Positions 1 through 8,834 of a stretch of DNA of 64,000 nt are shown piece after piece (positions within the stretch are counted from its first letter, which is position 1; each line of letters opens with the position of its first letter). Below the pieces are notes generated by a model. The model saw only the letters and a program-made list of their open reading frames with translations. It did not search any database and was not told where the DNA came from. The stretch spans positions 37,952-101,951 of the forward strand of contig NZ_BOOP01000035.1 of NCBI RefSeq assembly GCF_016863295.1, in the 5' to 3' direction. The position numbers were made by a program, and so were the translations under genes. The stretch comes from Planotetraspora phitsanulokensis (GTDB taxonomy: Bacteria; Actinomycetota; Actinomycetes; Streptosporangiales; Streptosporangiaceae).

Positions 1-417
1 CTCGAGTACTTCCTGCAGATCACCAACCCCGAGCACGTCTGGCTGGAGATGGACATCTTCTGGGCGCATGTGGCCCAGTTCAAGTACCGCAACTACACCG
101 CGCCGGACGGCTCGGCGCAGACCAACGTCTTCAACCCGCTCGGCGTCGTGCAGAAGCAGACCAAGCGGTTCCCCCTCTTCCACGCCAAGGACGGCAGGTC
201 CAACCCGGCGACGGGCAACGGCTACGACATGGTGCCGTTCGGCACCGGCGACATCGACTACACCACCTTCTTCTCCCAGATGGGCGCGAAGGGCTACCAC
301 AACCCGATGTACGAGCAGGACAACGCGCCCGGAGGCTCGGCCAACCCGAACCAGTCGCTCGAGTTCTCCGAGATCAGCTACGACAACATGGCCGCGCTGC
401 GCGCACCCAGGGGCTGA
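1..417 (+). CDS. C-terminal fragment of a conserved enzyme; weak resemblance to the C-terminus of xylose-isomerase-like TIM-barrel (sugar phosphate isomerase/epimerase) proteins. 5' end lies outside the window.
   Basis: Frame 1 is open from nt 1 (LEYFLQITNPEHVWLEMDIFWAHV...), stop TGA at 415-417. GC3-rich codon usage typical of the window. The product call is tentative and rests on motif memory only. Confidence 0.45.
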   Translation, partial: LEYFLQITNPEHVWLEMDIFWAHVAQFKYRNYTAPDGSAQTNVFNPLGVVQKQTKRFPLFHAKDGRSNPATGNGYDMVPFGTGDIDYTTFFSQMGAKGYHNPMYEQDNAPGGSANPNQSLEFSEISYDNMAALRAPRG

Positions 418-489
418 CGCGAAACGCCTGACCAGCGAAACGCCTGAGATACGGCACACGAGCGGCTGAGAAGGCCCCTCGAGCATTCC

Positions 490-541
490 GGCGGACCGCC
501 ACGTTCTCGAACCGTTGCACCGGTACGCGTGGCGGTCCGCC
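490..541. terminator. Perfect 14-bp inverted repeat (GGCGGACCGCCACG / CGTGGCGGTCCGCC) with a 24-nt loop, between the upstream gene and the 570 CDS. Could be a terminator hairpin or an operator.
   Basis: Read directly from the sequence: 490-503 is the reverse complement of 528-541. No U-tract follows, which is common in actinomycetes. Confidence 0.35.
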
Positions 542-569
542 TCTCCTGTCACCCCTCGCGGAACAAGAG

Positions 570-3500
570 GTGCAGCAAGTGCAGCGTACTCGCATGATTG
601 CCGCCGTCCTTCTGACGGCCGTGGCGCTCCCCCTCGCTCTGCCCGGAGCCACCCCCGCCTTCGCCCACCCGGGACACGACCCCGCCACCGAGTGGTCCGA
701 CTACGAGAAGATCACGTTGACCAAGAACGTCGGCGAGCCGGAAGACCTCGCGGTGCTGCCCGACAAACGGGTCCTGCACACCGCGCGTACCGGCGACCTC
801 CGGCTGACTGATCCGGCGACCGGCATCACGAAGATCGTCAACACGTTTTCCGTTTACAACAACTCGGAGGACGGCCTCCAGACGGTCGCGATCGACCCCC
901 ACTTCGCCGAGAACAAGTGGGTCTACGTCTACTACGCACCGAAGACGATGACCGCGCCGTACCCGGAGACGACCCCGACCGGTTCGGCGCCCAACTCGTT
1001 GCCCGCCGGCGCGGACGAGTCGTACTGGAACCAGTGGAAGGGCTACAACCAGCTGTCCCGGTTCAAGTGGACCGGTGACGCCCTCGACCTGTCCACCGAG
1101 CAGGTCATCATCAAGGTCGGCACGCAGCGCGGGCAGTGCTGCCACGTCGCCGGCGACGTGGACTGGGACGCCGACGGCAACCTCTACCTCTCCACCGGCG
1201 ACAACACTCCGGCGAGCACGCCCGGGGCCAACGGCATGGCCCCCAACAACGACGCCCCCGGGATGAACCCCGGATTCGACTCGCGCCGCGGCTCCGGCAA
1301 CAGCAACGACCTGAGGGGCAAGATCCTCCGGATCCACGTCGAGGAGAACGGTTCCTACACGATCCCCGAGGGCAACCTGTTCGCCCCGGGAACCGCAAGG
1401 ACCCGTCCGGAGATCTTCGTGACGGGAGTGCGGAACCCGTTCCGCATGGACGTCGACGCGGTGACCGGGACGGTGTCGTGGGCGGACTACGGTCCCGACG
1501 CCGGCGCACCCGACCCCAACCGGGGGCCCATGGGCTACGTCGAGTGGAACGTCACGCCCATCGACAAGCCCATGAACAGCGGCTGGCCGTACTGCACCGG
1601 TGACAACTTCAACTACAACAACTGGAATTACGCGACCGCCACACCGCGCGAGTGGTTCGACTGCGCGGGCGGTCCGACGAACACGTCACGGTGGAACACC
1701 GGTCTGGACAAGCTCCCGCCCGCGACGCCGGCGGACCTCTACTACGGCGACAACAACACCCACCAGCCCGCGGCCTGGGCCGGGCTGACCGACTTCGATC
1801 CGCAGGGCGGCCAGGGGCCGATGGGTGGTCCCGTCTACCACTACGACGCGTCGAACCCGTCGCCGACGAAGTTCCCCGAGTACTGGGACAAGAAGTTCTT
1901 CTTCGCCGAGTTCTCCCAGGACTACCTGGCGGCGTTCACCGTGACCGGGGCCGACGGGCCGGTGACCGGGATCGAGCAGTTCCTGCCCAACAGCGCGCTG
2001 ACCTCGATGGCGATGCCCATCACCGACAGCCCGATGGACATCGAATTCGGCCCCGACGGCTCGTTGTACGTGCTCGACTACGGCGACGGCTTCTTCCGTG
2101 CCAACCCCGACGCCGGTCTCTACCGGATCGACTACGCGCCGGGAAACAAGACGCCCCAGGCGAAGATCAGCACCGATCGCGCATCGAGCAGCGAGGCACC
2201 GCTCACTGTCGAGTTCGGCGCGGCGGCGTCGCGCGACGAGGAACCCGGGACGCTGACGTACGAGTGGGACTTCGACGGCAACGGGTCCTTCGACGCGTCG
2301 GGTGTGACGGTCTCGCACACCTACACCGAACTCGGGCAGTACACCGCCCGGCTTCGCGTGACCGACGCGGGAGGCAGGTCCGGGCTGGCCACGACGGAGA
2401 TCACCGTGGGCAACACCGCGCCCCAGGTGACCATCCAGACGCCAGGAGACGGAGGCTTCGTCGACTGGGGCGACGTGGTGCCGTTCCGGATCGCGGTGTC
2501 CGACGCCGAGGACGGCAACAATCCCGTCTGCAGCCGGGTGCAGTGGACCTTCGGCCTCGGCCACGACACCCACGCTCACCCGCTGACGACCGGAACGGGA
2601 TGTTCCGGCGCTTGGGCGGCTCCCGCCGACGCCCCCGAACACGGTGAGACCGAGAACATCTTCGGCGTCGTGGTCGTGAGCTACCGGGACAACGGGCACA
2701 GCGGCGTCCCGGGAGCGCTCGGCGAGGACACGCTCATCATCAACCCGAAGCAGCTGCAGGCCGAGCACGCGGACACGAGCAGCGGGGTCACCGAGGTCGC
2801 GGACGAGACGGCGTCCGCCCTCACCAAGGTCACCTCATTCGACCCCGGCGACTGGATCGCGTACGACCCGGTGAACTTCTCCGGCATCACCGCGGTGACG
2901 ACCCGGGCATCCGGCGCGGGCACGCTGTCCCTGCGGTGGAACTCACCGTCGGCGGAGCCGTTCGCCACCGTCACGGTGCCCGCCGGGGACGGCTGGCAGA
3001 CGGTGAACACAGCACTCCCGAACGCCCCTGCGGGCAGCGGCGAGCTCTATGTCACCTCGTCCGGCGGCGTGGACGTCGACGCGTTCACGTTCGTGGGCGC
3101 CGGGATCGCGGACAAGACGCCGCCGACCGTGACGGCGACCCTGAACCCTGCCCAGCCGAACGGGGCCAACGGGTGGTACACCGGCAACGTCACGCTCACC
3201 GTCACCGCGACCGACAACGTCACGGTGTCAAGCCGGCAGTACTCCCTGAACGGCGGCGCCACCTGGTTGAACGCCAACAACCCGGTGACGCTGAGCGCGG
3301 AGGCCGTCCACGATGTGCGCTACCGCGCGACCGACAGCGGCGGCAACGTGTCACTGGTCGGATCGGTCACGGTCCGGATCGACAAGACCGCGCCCACCCT
3401 GTCGGTGAGCGGCGTCGAGTCGGAGACGTACGGAGACTCCGGCTCGGTCACACCGGTCTTCTCGGCGGCGGACACGACGTCGGGCGTCGACACCGTGACC

Positions 3501-3902
3501 GCGAAGATCGACGACGACGAGGTGTCCTCAGGCGAGCCGATCGCCCTGTGGCGGCTGGCGCTCGGTGAGCATGAGCTGACCGTCACCGCGAAGGACAAGG
3601 CGGGTCACACCACGACGAAGACCGTGTCGTTCGAGGTCATGACCTCCTTCGCCGACGTGCGGGCGCTCCTCGGCGCCTTCGCCGAGGCGGGCTCACTCAC
3701 GGCCGACGGCGCGGACGTCCTCGGTGCGCAGCTCAACGTGGCCGAGAAGCAGGCGGACAAGGACAAGCCGCAAAACGCGATCAGCGCGCTGGAGCGGTTC
3801 GCCGAGTTCGCCGGCAGGCCGAGCAACGTCACCGACGCCGCCGCGCGTGATGCTCTGGTCCGCGACGCGCAGGCGCTGATCGCCCAGGTCCGCGCCATGT
3901 GA
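570..3902 (+). CDS. Large secreted multidomain protein: N-terminal PQQ-dependent (soluble glucose/sorbosone dehydrogenase-like) beta-propeller, PKD domain, CBM6/35-like carbohydrate-binding domain, bacterial Ig-like repeats, C-terminal FIMAH-like helical domain.
   Basis: ATG at 570 is followed by a signal peptide (MIAAVLLTAVALPLALPGATPAFA). Propeller-type motifs (LYLSTGDNT, RNPFRMD). PKD signature (TYEWDFDGNGSFDASG...YTARLRVTDAGG). CBM-like block (DWIAYDPVNFSG...DAFTF). The C-terminal alpha-helical tail (ADVRALLGAFAEAG...) resembles FIMAH. Long uninterrupted ORF with consistent codon bias. Confidence 0.8.
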   Translation: MQQVQRTRMIAAVLLTAVALPLALPGATPAFAHPGHDPATEWSDYEKITLTKNVGEPEDLAVLPDKRVLHTARTGDLRLTDPATGITKIVNTFSVYNNSEDGLQTVAIDPHFAENKWVYVYYAPKTMTAPYPETTPTGSAPNSLPAGADESYWNQWKGYNQLSRFKWTGDALDLSTEQVIIKVGTQRGQCCHVAGDVDWDADGNLYLSTGDNTPASTPGANGMAPNNDAPGMNPGFDSRRGSGNSNDLRGKILRIHVEENGSYTIPEGNLFAPGTARTRPEIFVTGVRNPFRMDVDAVTGTVSWADYGPDAGAPDPNRGPMGYVEWNVTPIDKPMNSGWPYCTGDNFNYNNWNYATATPREWFDCAGGPTNTSRWNTGLDKLPPATPADLYYGDNNTHQPAAWAGLTDFDPQGGQGPMGGPVYHYDASNPSPTKFPEYWDKKFFFAEFSQDYLAAFTVTGADGPVTGIEQFLPNSALTSMAMPITDSPMDIEFGPDGSLYVLDYGDGFFRANPDAGLYRIDYAPGNKTPQAKISTDRASSSEAPLTVEFGAAASRDEEPGTLTYEWDFDGNGSFDASGVTVSHTYTELGQYTARLRVTDAGGRSGLATTEITVGNTAPQVTIQTPGDGGFVDWGDVVPFRIAVSDAEDGNNPVCSRVQWTFGLGHDTHAHPLTTGTGCSGAWAAPADAPEHGETENIFGVVVVSYRDNGHSGVPGALGEDTLIINPKQLQAEHADTSSGVTEVADETASALTKVTSFDPGDWIAYDPVNFSGITAVTTRASGAGTLSLRWNSPSAEPFATVTVPAGDGWQTVNTALPNAPAGSGELYVTSSGGVDVDAFTFVGAGIADKTPPTVTATLNPAQPNGANGWYTGNVTLTVTATDNVTVSSRQYSLNGGATWLNANNPVTLSAEAVHDVRYRATDSGGNVSLVGSVTVRIDKTAPTLSVSGVESETYGDSGSVTPVFSAADTTSGVDTVTAKIDDDEVSSGEPIALWRLALGEHELTVTAKDKAGHTTTKTVSFEVMTSFADVRALLGAFAEAGSLTADGADVLGAQLNVAEKQADKDKPQNAISALERFAEFAGRPSNVTDAAARDALVRDAQALIAQVRAM

Positions 3903-3913
3903 ACCCAGTGATA

Positions 3914-3990
3914 CGCGAGGGCGTTCAGGTCCGGAGACGGGCCTGGGCGCCCTCGTCGTTTCGCCGGGGGTACGGCACGGCGCCGTACTG
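3914..3990 (+). terminator. Two stem-loops (CGAGGGCG...CGCCCTCG at 3916-3955; GTACGGC..GCCGTAC at 3970-3988) immediately downstream of the 570..3902 gene.
   Basis: Inverted repeats read from the sequence, positioned 12-90 nt after the stop codon. Confidence 0.45.
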
Positions 3991-4075
3991 GCGGCGGATC
4001 CCTCGCCGGAGGTAAGAACGGAGGCCCCCTGCGCATTACCTGGTGACACCTTCCCCGACGAAGGAGCAGGAACCA

Positions 4076-4600
4076 GTGACGGAACCCGATGCGGGCGCCC
4101 GGTTCACCGAGATGTACGCGTCCTGCCACGAGCAGGTGTACGCGTACGCGGTGAGCCGGGCGGGCCGGCACCTCGCCGACGACGTGGTCGGCGAAACCTT
4201 CCTCGTCGCATGGCGGCGCCTGTCGACGGTCCCCGAGACGCCGTTGCCGTGGTTGCTCGTCACGGCCCGCAACGTGATGCACGGGCGGTACCGCGACGAG
4301 GTACGGCAGGCCTCGCTGGCCGCCGAGTTGCGCGCCTGGGCCGAGGAGGCGGACGCGGACGTGGCCGACGGGGTGACCGAGCGGGCCGCCGTCCTCGCCG
4401 CCCTGGCCCGGTTGAGCGAGAACGACCGCGAACTGCTGACGCTGGTGGCCTGGCAGGGCCTGTCCAACCGGGAGGCGGCGCACGTCGTCGGCTGCTCGGT
4501 GGCGACGTTCTTCGTCCGCCTGCACCGCGCCAGGAAACGGCTCGAAGCCGCGATGGAAGACGCACCGACCACATTCGACCTGAAGGAGTTCAGCCGATGA
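4076..4600 (+). CDS. ECF (sigma-70 family) RNA polymerase sigma factor.
   Basis: Region 2/4 signatures (FTEMYASCHEQVYAYAVSR; ETFLVAWRR; LSENDRELLTLVAWQGLSNREAAHVVGCSVATFFVRLHRARKRLE). GTG at 4076 is preceded by GAAGGAG at a 9-nt spacing. The in-frame GTG at 4043 is an alternative start. Stop overlaps the next gene (ATGA at 4597-4600). Confidence 0.85.
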   Translation: MTEPDAGARFTEMYASCHEQVYAYAVSRAGRHLADDVVGETFLVAWRRLSTVPETPLPWLLVTARNVMHGRYRDEVRQASLAAELRAWAEEADADVADGVTERAAVLAALARLSENDRELLTLVAWQGLSNREAAHVVGCSVATFFVRLHRARKRLEAAMEDAPTTFDLKEFSR

Positions 4601-5697
4601 GCAGGCATCGCGACGTGCTGCGGGTGTTGTCCGAGGCCCGGCCCGCCCAGCTCGATCGAGGCCCGCGCCCGATCGACCTGGCCGCCGTCACCGCCTTCCC
4701 GCAGGAAGCCGGCGACCGGGCGAACAGACGCCGGCTGGTGCTCACGGCCGGGCTCGTCCCCGCCGTGGCGGCCGCCGCGGCGGTGACCGTGATGGTCGCC
4801 CAGAGCCCCGCCACCCCCACGCCTCAGCCCACCCTCGCGCAGCGGCCCACGCCGGCGGACACGCCCACCACGGCGCGGGGGCTGCTGCTGGTCGCCGCCG
4901 AGCAAGTCGCCGACGACCAGACCGTGGGCGGCCGCTACTGGGTCACCAGGATCGAGAACGGCGAGACCCGGCAGGTCGGCCCCAAGGCCCGGCCGTACGA
5001 CGTCGTCCTCAGGATGACCGAGGAGAAGTGGCTGGCGTCGAGCCCGAAGGACAAGAGCTGGGTCTTCTTCCAGAGCCTCGGCGCCGCGCCGGCCACCGCC
5101 GCGGACAAGGACGCGTGGAGGCAGGACGGCTTTCCCGCCCAGTGGACCGAGCCCGCGCCCAAGGGCATGAAACCCGTCGTCATCAGCGCGGAGGGCGGGC
5201 CTCGCCTGCTCAGGACCCCCGGCGGTCTGTCCGGCAGGGACGTCCACGTCCTCGGAGGTCAGCCGATCACCTCGGCCGAGTTGTCCGCGCTACCGGCCGA
5301 CTCTGCGGCCCTGAAGGCCTACCTGGTGAAGAGGTACAAGGACACTGGTGGACTCGAAGGCGAGAACGACTACCTGTTCAACAGCGCCGACGCGCTCGTG
5401 CTCGATCTGCCGGTGACGCCGGAGGTGCGTGCGGTCGCGTACAAGCTGATCGCCGGCCTGAAGGGCATCACCACGTTGGGTTCCGTCACCGACCAGCATG
5501 GCCGTAAGGGTGTGGCCGTGGCGTACACCCGGCGCGGCGACTCAGGCGCCCTCGCCCAGACCCGGCTGATCATCGATCCGCGCACCGGGCACGCCCTCGC
5601 CGAGGAGTCCTGGAGCCTCGGAGCCCGGGACAAGCTCATGAGCTACACCCTCGTCCTCGGCGCCGCCTGGTCCGACGACACTCCCCCGGCCAAGTAG
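4597..5697 (+). CDS. Anti-sigma-factor-like protein (CU044_5270-type: N-terminal sigma-binding segment, one TM helix, extracytoplasmic domain), cognate partner of the upstream ECF sigma.
   Basis: ATGA start/stop overlap with the sigma gene. Predicted TM segment (LVLTAGLVPAVAAAAAVTVMVA). A paralogous pair at 14908-16646 has the same architecture and conserved blocks (RYWVTRIE / RYWYTLERE; WLASSPKDKSW / WLARSPKDRSR). Confidence 0.75.
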   Translation: MSRHRDVLRVLSEARPAQLDRGPRPIDLAAVTAFPQEAGDRANRRRLVLTAGLVPAVAAAAAVTVMVAQSPATPTPQPTLAQRPTPADTPTTARGLLLVAAEQVADDQTVGGRYWVTRIENGETRQVGPKARPYDVVLRMTEEKWLASSPKDKSWVFFQSLGAAPATAADKDAWRQDGFPAQWTEPAPKGMKPVVISAEGGPRLLRTPGGLSGRDVHVLGGQPITSAELSALPADSAALKAYLVKRYKDTGGLEGENDYLFNSADALVLDLPVTPEVRAVAYKLIAGLKGITTLGSVTDQHGRKGVAVAYTRRGDSGALAQTRLIIDPRTGHALAEESWSLGARDKLMSYTLVLGAAWSDDTPPAK

Positions 5698-5712
5698 GCA
5701 CGCACAAGCGAA

Positions 5713-5744
5713 GGCCGCCCACGAGGTTTCACCTGTGGGCGGCT
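5713..5744. terminator. Bidirectional terminator hairpin between convergent genes (stem GCCGCCCAC / GTGGGCGGC, 12-nt loop).
   Basis: Inverted repeat 5714-5722 / 5735-5743 read from the sequence, located between the + gene ending at 5697 and the - gene ending at 5834. Confidence 0.5.
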
Positions 5745-5833
5745 CTCGCCGTACACGGCCGGGTCTGCGGTGGATCCGCACCAGCCCTGGTGGAAGTAGC
5801 CACCTGCCGCCGGGGTGGTGGCGGTCTGGGAGG

Positions 5834-6352
5834 TCAGACGGCGAACGGCACAGCCAGGGCGAGGATCGAGGCGCCGAACACCACCACGTGGCGGACGTTC
5901 TGCAGGATCCACGTCCAGGCGGGGAAGCCGTCCTCGGCCGCCTTGAGGAGGGCGCGGACGTCGACGCGGGCCAGCATCGGGTCGCCCTTGCGCAGGAAGG
6001 CGGCCTGCACGGACTTCACCGCGGTGAGGTTGCTGTACAGGATCAGGCAGTTGCCGAGGAGCACGATCGACTGGAAGACCCAGGTCAGGGGCCGGGCCAG
6101 GTCGCCGCCGTACAGGTTGAGCCCGGCGAGCGCCACCATGACCGCGGCGACCGCCACGGGGACCGCCGTCTCGTGGCCTCCGGCGTCGAACCTCATCCCG
6201 TTCTCGGCCAGGATGGTGGGCCGCACACCCTGACGCTCCAGCTCCGCCTCCGCGCTCGCCGTCGCGGCGGGGCCGTAACGGTGGCGCCCGAGCGGAATGC
6301 TCACGAAGGCCGCGGCGACCAGCAGCTGCATGACGGCGACGAAAACGTTCAT
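5834..6352 (-). CDS. Small integral membrane protein (about 4 TM helices), divergent from and probably regulated by the TetR regulator.
   Basis: Start ATG at 6352 is preceded on the minus strand by GGAGGAGACCGACC. The in-frame upstream ATG at 6409 lacks an RBS. Hydrophobic segments throughout. Confidence 0.65.
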   Translation of the reverse strand: MNVFVAVMQLLVAAAFVSIPLGRHRYGPAATASAEAELERQGVRPTILAENGMRFDAGGHETAVPVAVAAVMVALAGLNLYGGDLARPLTWVFQSIVLLGNCLILYSNLTAVKSVQAAFLRKGDPMLARVDVRALLKAAEDGFPAWTWILQNVRHVVVFGASILALAVPFAV

Positions 6353-6390
6353 GGTCGGTCTCCTCCATCTGACGCTCTCCGGCGCCGCAT

Positions 6391-6469
6391 TGACTTGCAC
6401 TAAGTTCAAGTGGAACGTAACCCATTTATTGAACTAAGTGCAAGAGTTGACTTGAACTTTGTGCAAGTC
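6391..6469. promoter_or_regulatory. Divergent promoter region with TetR-type operator: TTGCACTAAGTTCAA (6395-6409) and its near-perfect inverted copy TTGAACTAAGTGCAA (6429-6443), plus a third related half-site TTGACTTGAACTTTGTGCAA (6446-6466).
   Basis: Seen directly; 14 of 15 positions are reverse-complementary. The element sits between the divergently transcribed membrane-protein gene and the TetR gene. Confidence 0.6.
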
Positions 6470-6495
6470 GCTGCCGGGGGCCCTATCGTGGGGGC

Positions 6496-7197
6496 ATGCC
6501 GCGCGACACGCTGACCAAGGAGCAGATCGTCAAGACGGCGACCGAACTGCTCGACGACGAGGGCCTGGAGGGGCTGAACATGCCCAGCCTGAGCAAACGC
6601 CTCGGCACCGTCGCGACGGCGGTCTACTCGCACGTCAAGAACGAGGACGACCTCGTCCTGCTCGCCGGCGACCGCGTGTGGGACGAGATCGAGCTGCCCG
6701 ACATCGCCACTGCGGGCTGGCGCACGGCCGCCACGACGATGGCCGCCGACCTGCACACGATGCTCGGCAGGCACCCGTGGCTCGTGCAGGCCTTCTGCTC
6801 ACATCTCTTCTACGGCCGCGGCAAGGCGCGCCACGACGACCACAGCCTCGCCGTCTACGAGGCGGCCGGCTTCGTCGGCGAGGAGGCGGACCGGGCCGCG
6901 GCCACCGTGTTCACGTTCGTCCTCGGCAACGCCCTCGGCCTGTCCGCCACGGCCTCGCTGGCCCGGCGGCTGAACCGGGACGGCGGGAACGCCGAGGAGC
7001 TGATCCAGGACACGGTGACCAAGGCGACCGAGATCGCCATGGAGTTCCCGCGGCTGCGCAGCCGTCTGACCACGGAGGCCGCCGACTACAACGCGGCTCC
7101 CGTGCAGACCTTCGAGTACGGCCTCCGCACCCTCCTCGACGGCTTCGAGGCCGAGCTCCGCGAGCGTCGTGCACAGGCTCGCCCGGACGTGCGCTGA
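6496..7197 (+). CDS. TetR/AcrR family transcriptional regulator.
   Basis: N-terminal HTH block (TKEQIVKTATELLDDEGLEGLNMPSLSKRLGTVATAVYSHVKNEDDL), then a C-terminal ligand-binding helical domain. About 233 aa. Confidence 0.85.
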   Translation: MPRDTLTKEQIVKTATELLDDEGLEGLNMPSLSKRLGTVATAVYSHVKNEDDLVLLAGDRVWDEIELPDIATAGWRTAATTMAADLHTMLGRHPWLVQAFCSHLFYGRGKARHDDHSLAVYEAAGFVGEEADRAAATVFTFVLGNALGLSATASLARRLNRDGGNAEELIQDTVTKATEIAMEFPRLRSRLTTEAADYNAAPVQTFEYGLRTLLDGFEAELRERRAQARPDVR

Positions 7198-7199
7198 CG

Positions 7200-7337
7200 C
7201 GCCGTCACCCCCAGCCGCGTGCCCAGCCCCAGCGCGGCGACCAGGGCCAGGGTGCGGACGAACCCGGTGATCCGGGAGACCAGAGTGGCCACCGCCATCG
7301 CCCTGCCGGTCCTGATGAGGCGTGGCTGCTCGACCAT
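7200..7337 (-). pseudogene. Remnant of the N-terminus of a MurJ/MviN lipid II flippase (about 46 aa) truncated where it abuts the 3' end of the TetR gene.
   Basis: The ORF starting at 7337 reads MVEQPRLIRTGRAMAVATLVSRITGFVRTLALVAALGLGTRLGVTA. This is the hallmark MurJ N-terminal motif (...AxxTLVSRxTGFxRxxxxAAxxG...). Similarity is lost after about 46 codons, although the frame stays open to 7086, while MurJ proteins are about 550 aa. Confidence 0.4.
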
Positions 7338-7469
7338 GCGCGCGTCCTTCCGCTAACGATCTCGCCATCAGTATCCCGGCAGAGATCACCGGGCGTCGGC
7401 CGACCCTTGACAGGGGCTGAACCACAGACGTATAAAACCATCTAGTTATAGAACCGGAAGGTAATTAGC

Positions 7470-7820
7470 GTGGCTGCCGACATTCTCGACGCGACGTTCG
7501 CCGCACTGGCGGACCCGACCAGGCGGGCTATCCTTGCCCGGCTGGCGGAAGGCGACGCCACGGTGATGGAGTTGGCCGCGCCGTTCGCGATGAGCCAGCC
7601 GGGCGTTTCCAAGCACCTGCGGGTGCTGGAGCGCGCCGGCTTGATCTCCCGAGGTCGCGACGCGCAGAGGAGGCCCTGCCGGCTGGAGGCCGGCCGACTC
7701 AAGACCGCGATGGACTGGCTGGCGGACTACCGCTCCTACTGGGAGGAGAGCTACCAGCGGCTCGACGACCTCCTCGGCGAACTCGAAGCCGGCACGTCCA
7801 GCGAGCGGGAGACTCGGTGA
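7470..7820 (+). CDS. ArsR/SmtB family metalloregulator-type transcriptional regulator.
   Basis: GTG start at 7470. HTH motif (LADPTRRAILARLAEGDATVMELAAPFAMSQPGVSKHLRVLERAGLI). About 116 aa. Confidence 0.85.
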   Translation: MAADILDATFAALADPTRRAILARLAEGDATVMELAAPFAMSQPGVSKHLRVLERAGLISRGRDAQRRPCRLEAGRLKTAMDWLADYRSYWEESYQRLDDLLGELEAGTSSERETR

Positions 7821-8350
7821 TGTCGCGGCCGGGGAGTGGCGAGGGACTGTCCGTGACGACGCCATCCGACACCGAGCTGGTCCTGACCAGGACGTTCGCC
7901 GCATCCCGTCCCCTCGTGTTCGACGCGTTCACCCGGCCCGAGCTTGTCCGGCGGTGGCACGGGGCGCGTGGCTGGCATCTCGTCGTCTGCGAGATCGACC
8001 TGCGTCCGGGAGGCGCGTGGCGCTTCGTGTCACGCGGTCCGGACGGCGCCGAGATGGGCCTCAGCGGGGTCTACCACGAGGTCGAGCCGCCCCACCGGCT
8101 GGTCCAGACGGAGTCGCACGACGGCTGGGAGGCGGGCGAGGCACTCGTCACCACCGTCTTCCACGAGGTGGACGGCCAGAGCGCGATGACCACCAGGATG
8201 ACCACCAGGATGACCACCACGGTGCGCTACCCCTCGCGGGAGATCCGCGACAGCGTGCTCCGTACCCCCATGAAACGCGGCGCGGGCGAGGCCTATGACC
8301 GGCTCGCCGAACTGCTCCGCGAAACGACCCTGAAGGGCGATCTTCCATGA
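7817..8350 (+). CDS. SRPBCC / AHSA1 (activator of Hsp90 ATPase homolog 1-like) domain protein, the typical partner of ArsR regulators.
   Basis: Start overlaps the ArsR stop (GTGATG at 7817). Conserved TRTFAASRPLVFDAFTRPELVRRW motif. Contains an in-frame triplicated 12-nt unit (MTTRMTTRMTT, 8187-8222). Confidence 0.75.
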   Translation: MMSRPGSGEGLSVTTPSDTELVLTRTFAASRPLVFDAFTRPELVRRWHGARGWHLVVCEIDLRPGGAWRFVSRGPDGAEMGLSGVYHEVEPPHRLVQTESHDGWEAGEALVTTVFHEVDGQSAMTTRMTTRMTTTVRYPSREIRDSVLRTPMKRGAGEAYDRLAELLRETTLKGDLP

Positions 8351-8823
8351 GCGATTCCCAGCCCGTCGACCTGCGGCACACGCAGACCGAGATTCCGTCC
8401 GACGTCGCCGACACCCAGGGCGACCCCGCGCTGCCACCCGTACACCCCGGGATGTTCCTGCTCGAACTCGTCCCGGTACCCGTCCAGGACATCGACCGGG
8501 CCAAGGCCTTCTACGTGGCGCTCGGTTTCCACCCGGACGTGGACGTGCGACCGGCGGACGGAGTACGGATCGTCCAGCTCACCCCGCCGGGCTCGGCCTG
8601 CTCGATCAACTTGAGCGAGGGCGTCCCGTCCCTCGACATGCCCGTCGGCACGCTGCGCGGCCTGCACCTGGTGGTGAGCGACATCGAGGAGGCCCGGGCG
8701 GCGTTCATCGAGCGCGGCGCGGACGTGGGGCCGGTCGAGGATCTGGGCGGTGTCCTCTACGCCGCCTTCGCCGACCCGGACGGCAACACCTGGACCCTGC
8801 AGCACATGCCCTGGCGGGGCTGA
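8347..8823 (+). CDS. VOC family (glyoxalase/bleomycin-resistance/dioxygenase fold) protein.
   Basis: ATGA overlap with the upstream gene. Glyoxalase-like blocks (AKAFYVALGFH...; LHLVVSDIEEARAAFIERGADV; AFADPDGNTWTLQ). Confidence 0.75.
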   Translation: MSDSQPVDLRHTQTEIPSDVADTQGDPALPPVHPGMFLLELVPVPVQDIDRAKAFYVALGFHPDVDVRPADGVRIVQLTPPGSACSINLSEGVPSLDMPVGTLRGLHLVVSDIEEARAAFIERGADVGPVEDLGGVLYAAFADPDGNTWTLQHMPWRG

Positions 8824-8834
8824 GCTCCGCGTCG

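Noticed and set aside
549-1337. Minus-strand ORFs overlapping the large secreted-protein gene (e.g. 549..1337, 1686..2768)
   Set aside because: Antisense to a strongly supported CDS, with low-complexity composition.
7380-7470. Possible ArsR operator palindrome in the AT-rich stretch ACGTATAAAACCATCTAGTTATAGAACC
   Set aside because: Only a weak, imperfect dyad (TCTAG..TAGA). I could not support a 12-2-12 ArsR/SmtB-type operator. Retained only as a probable promoter.
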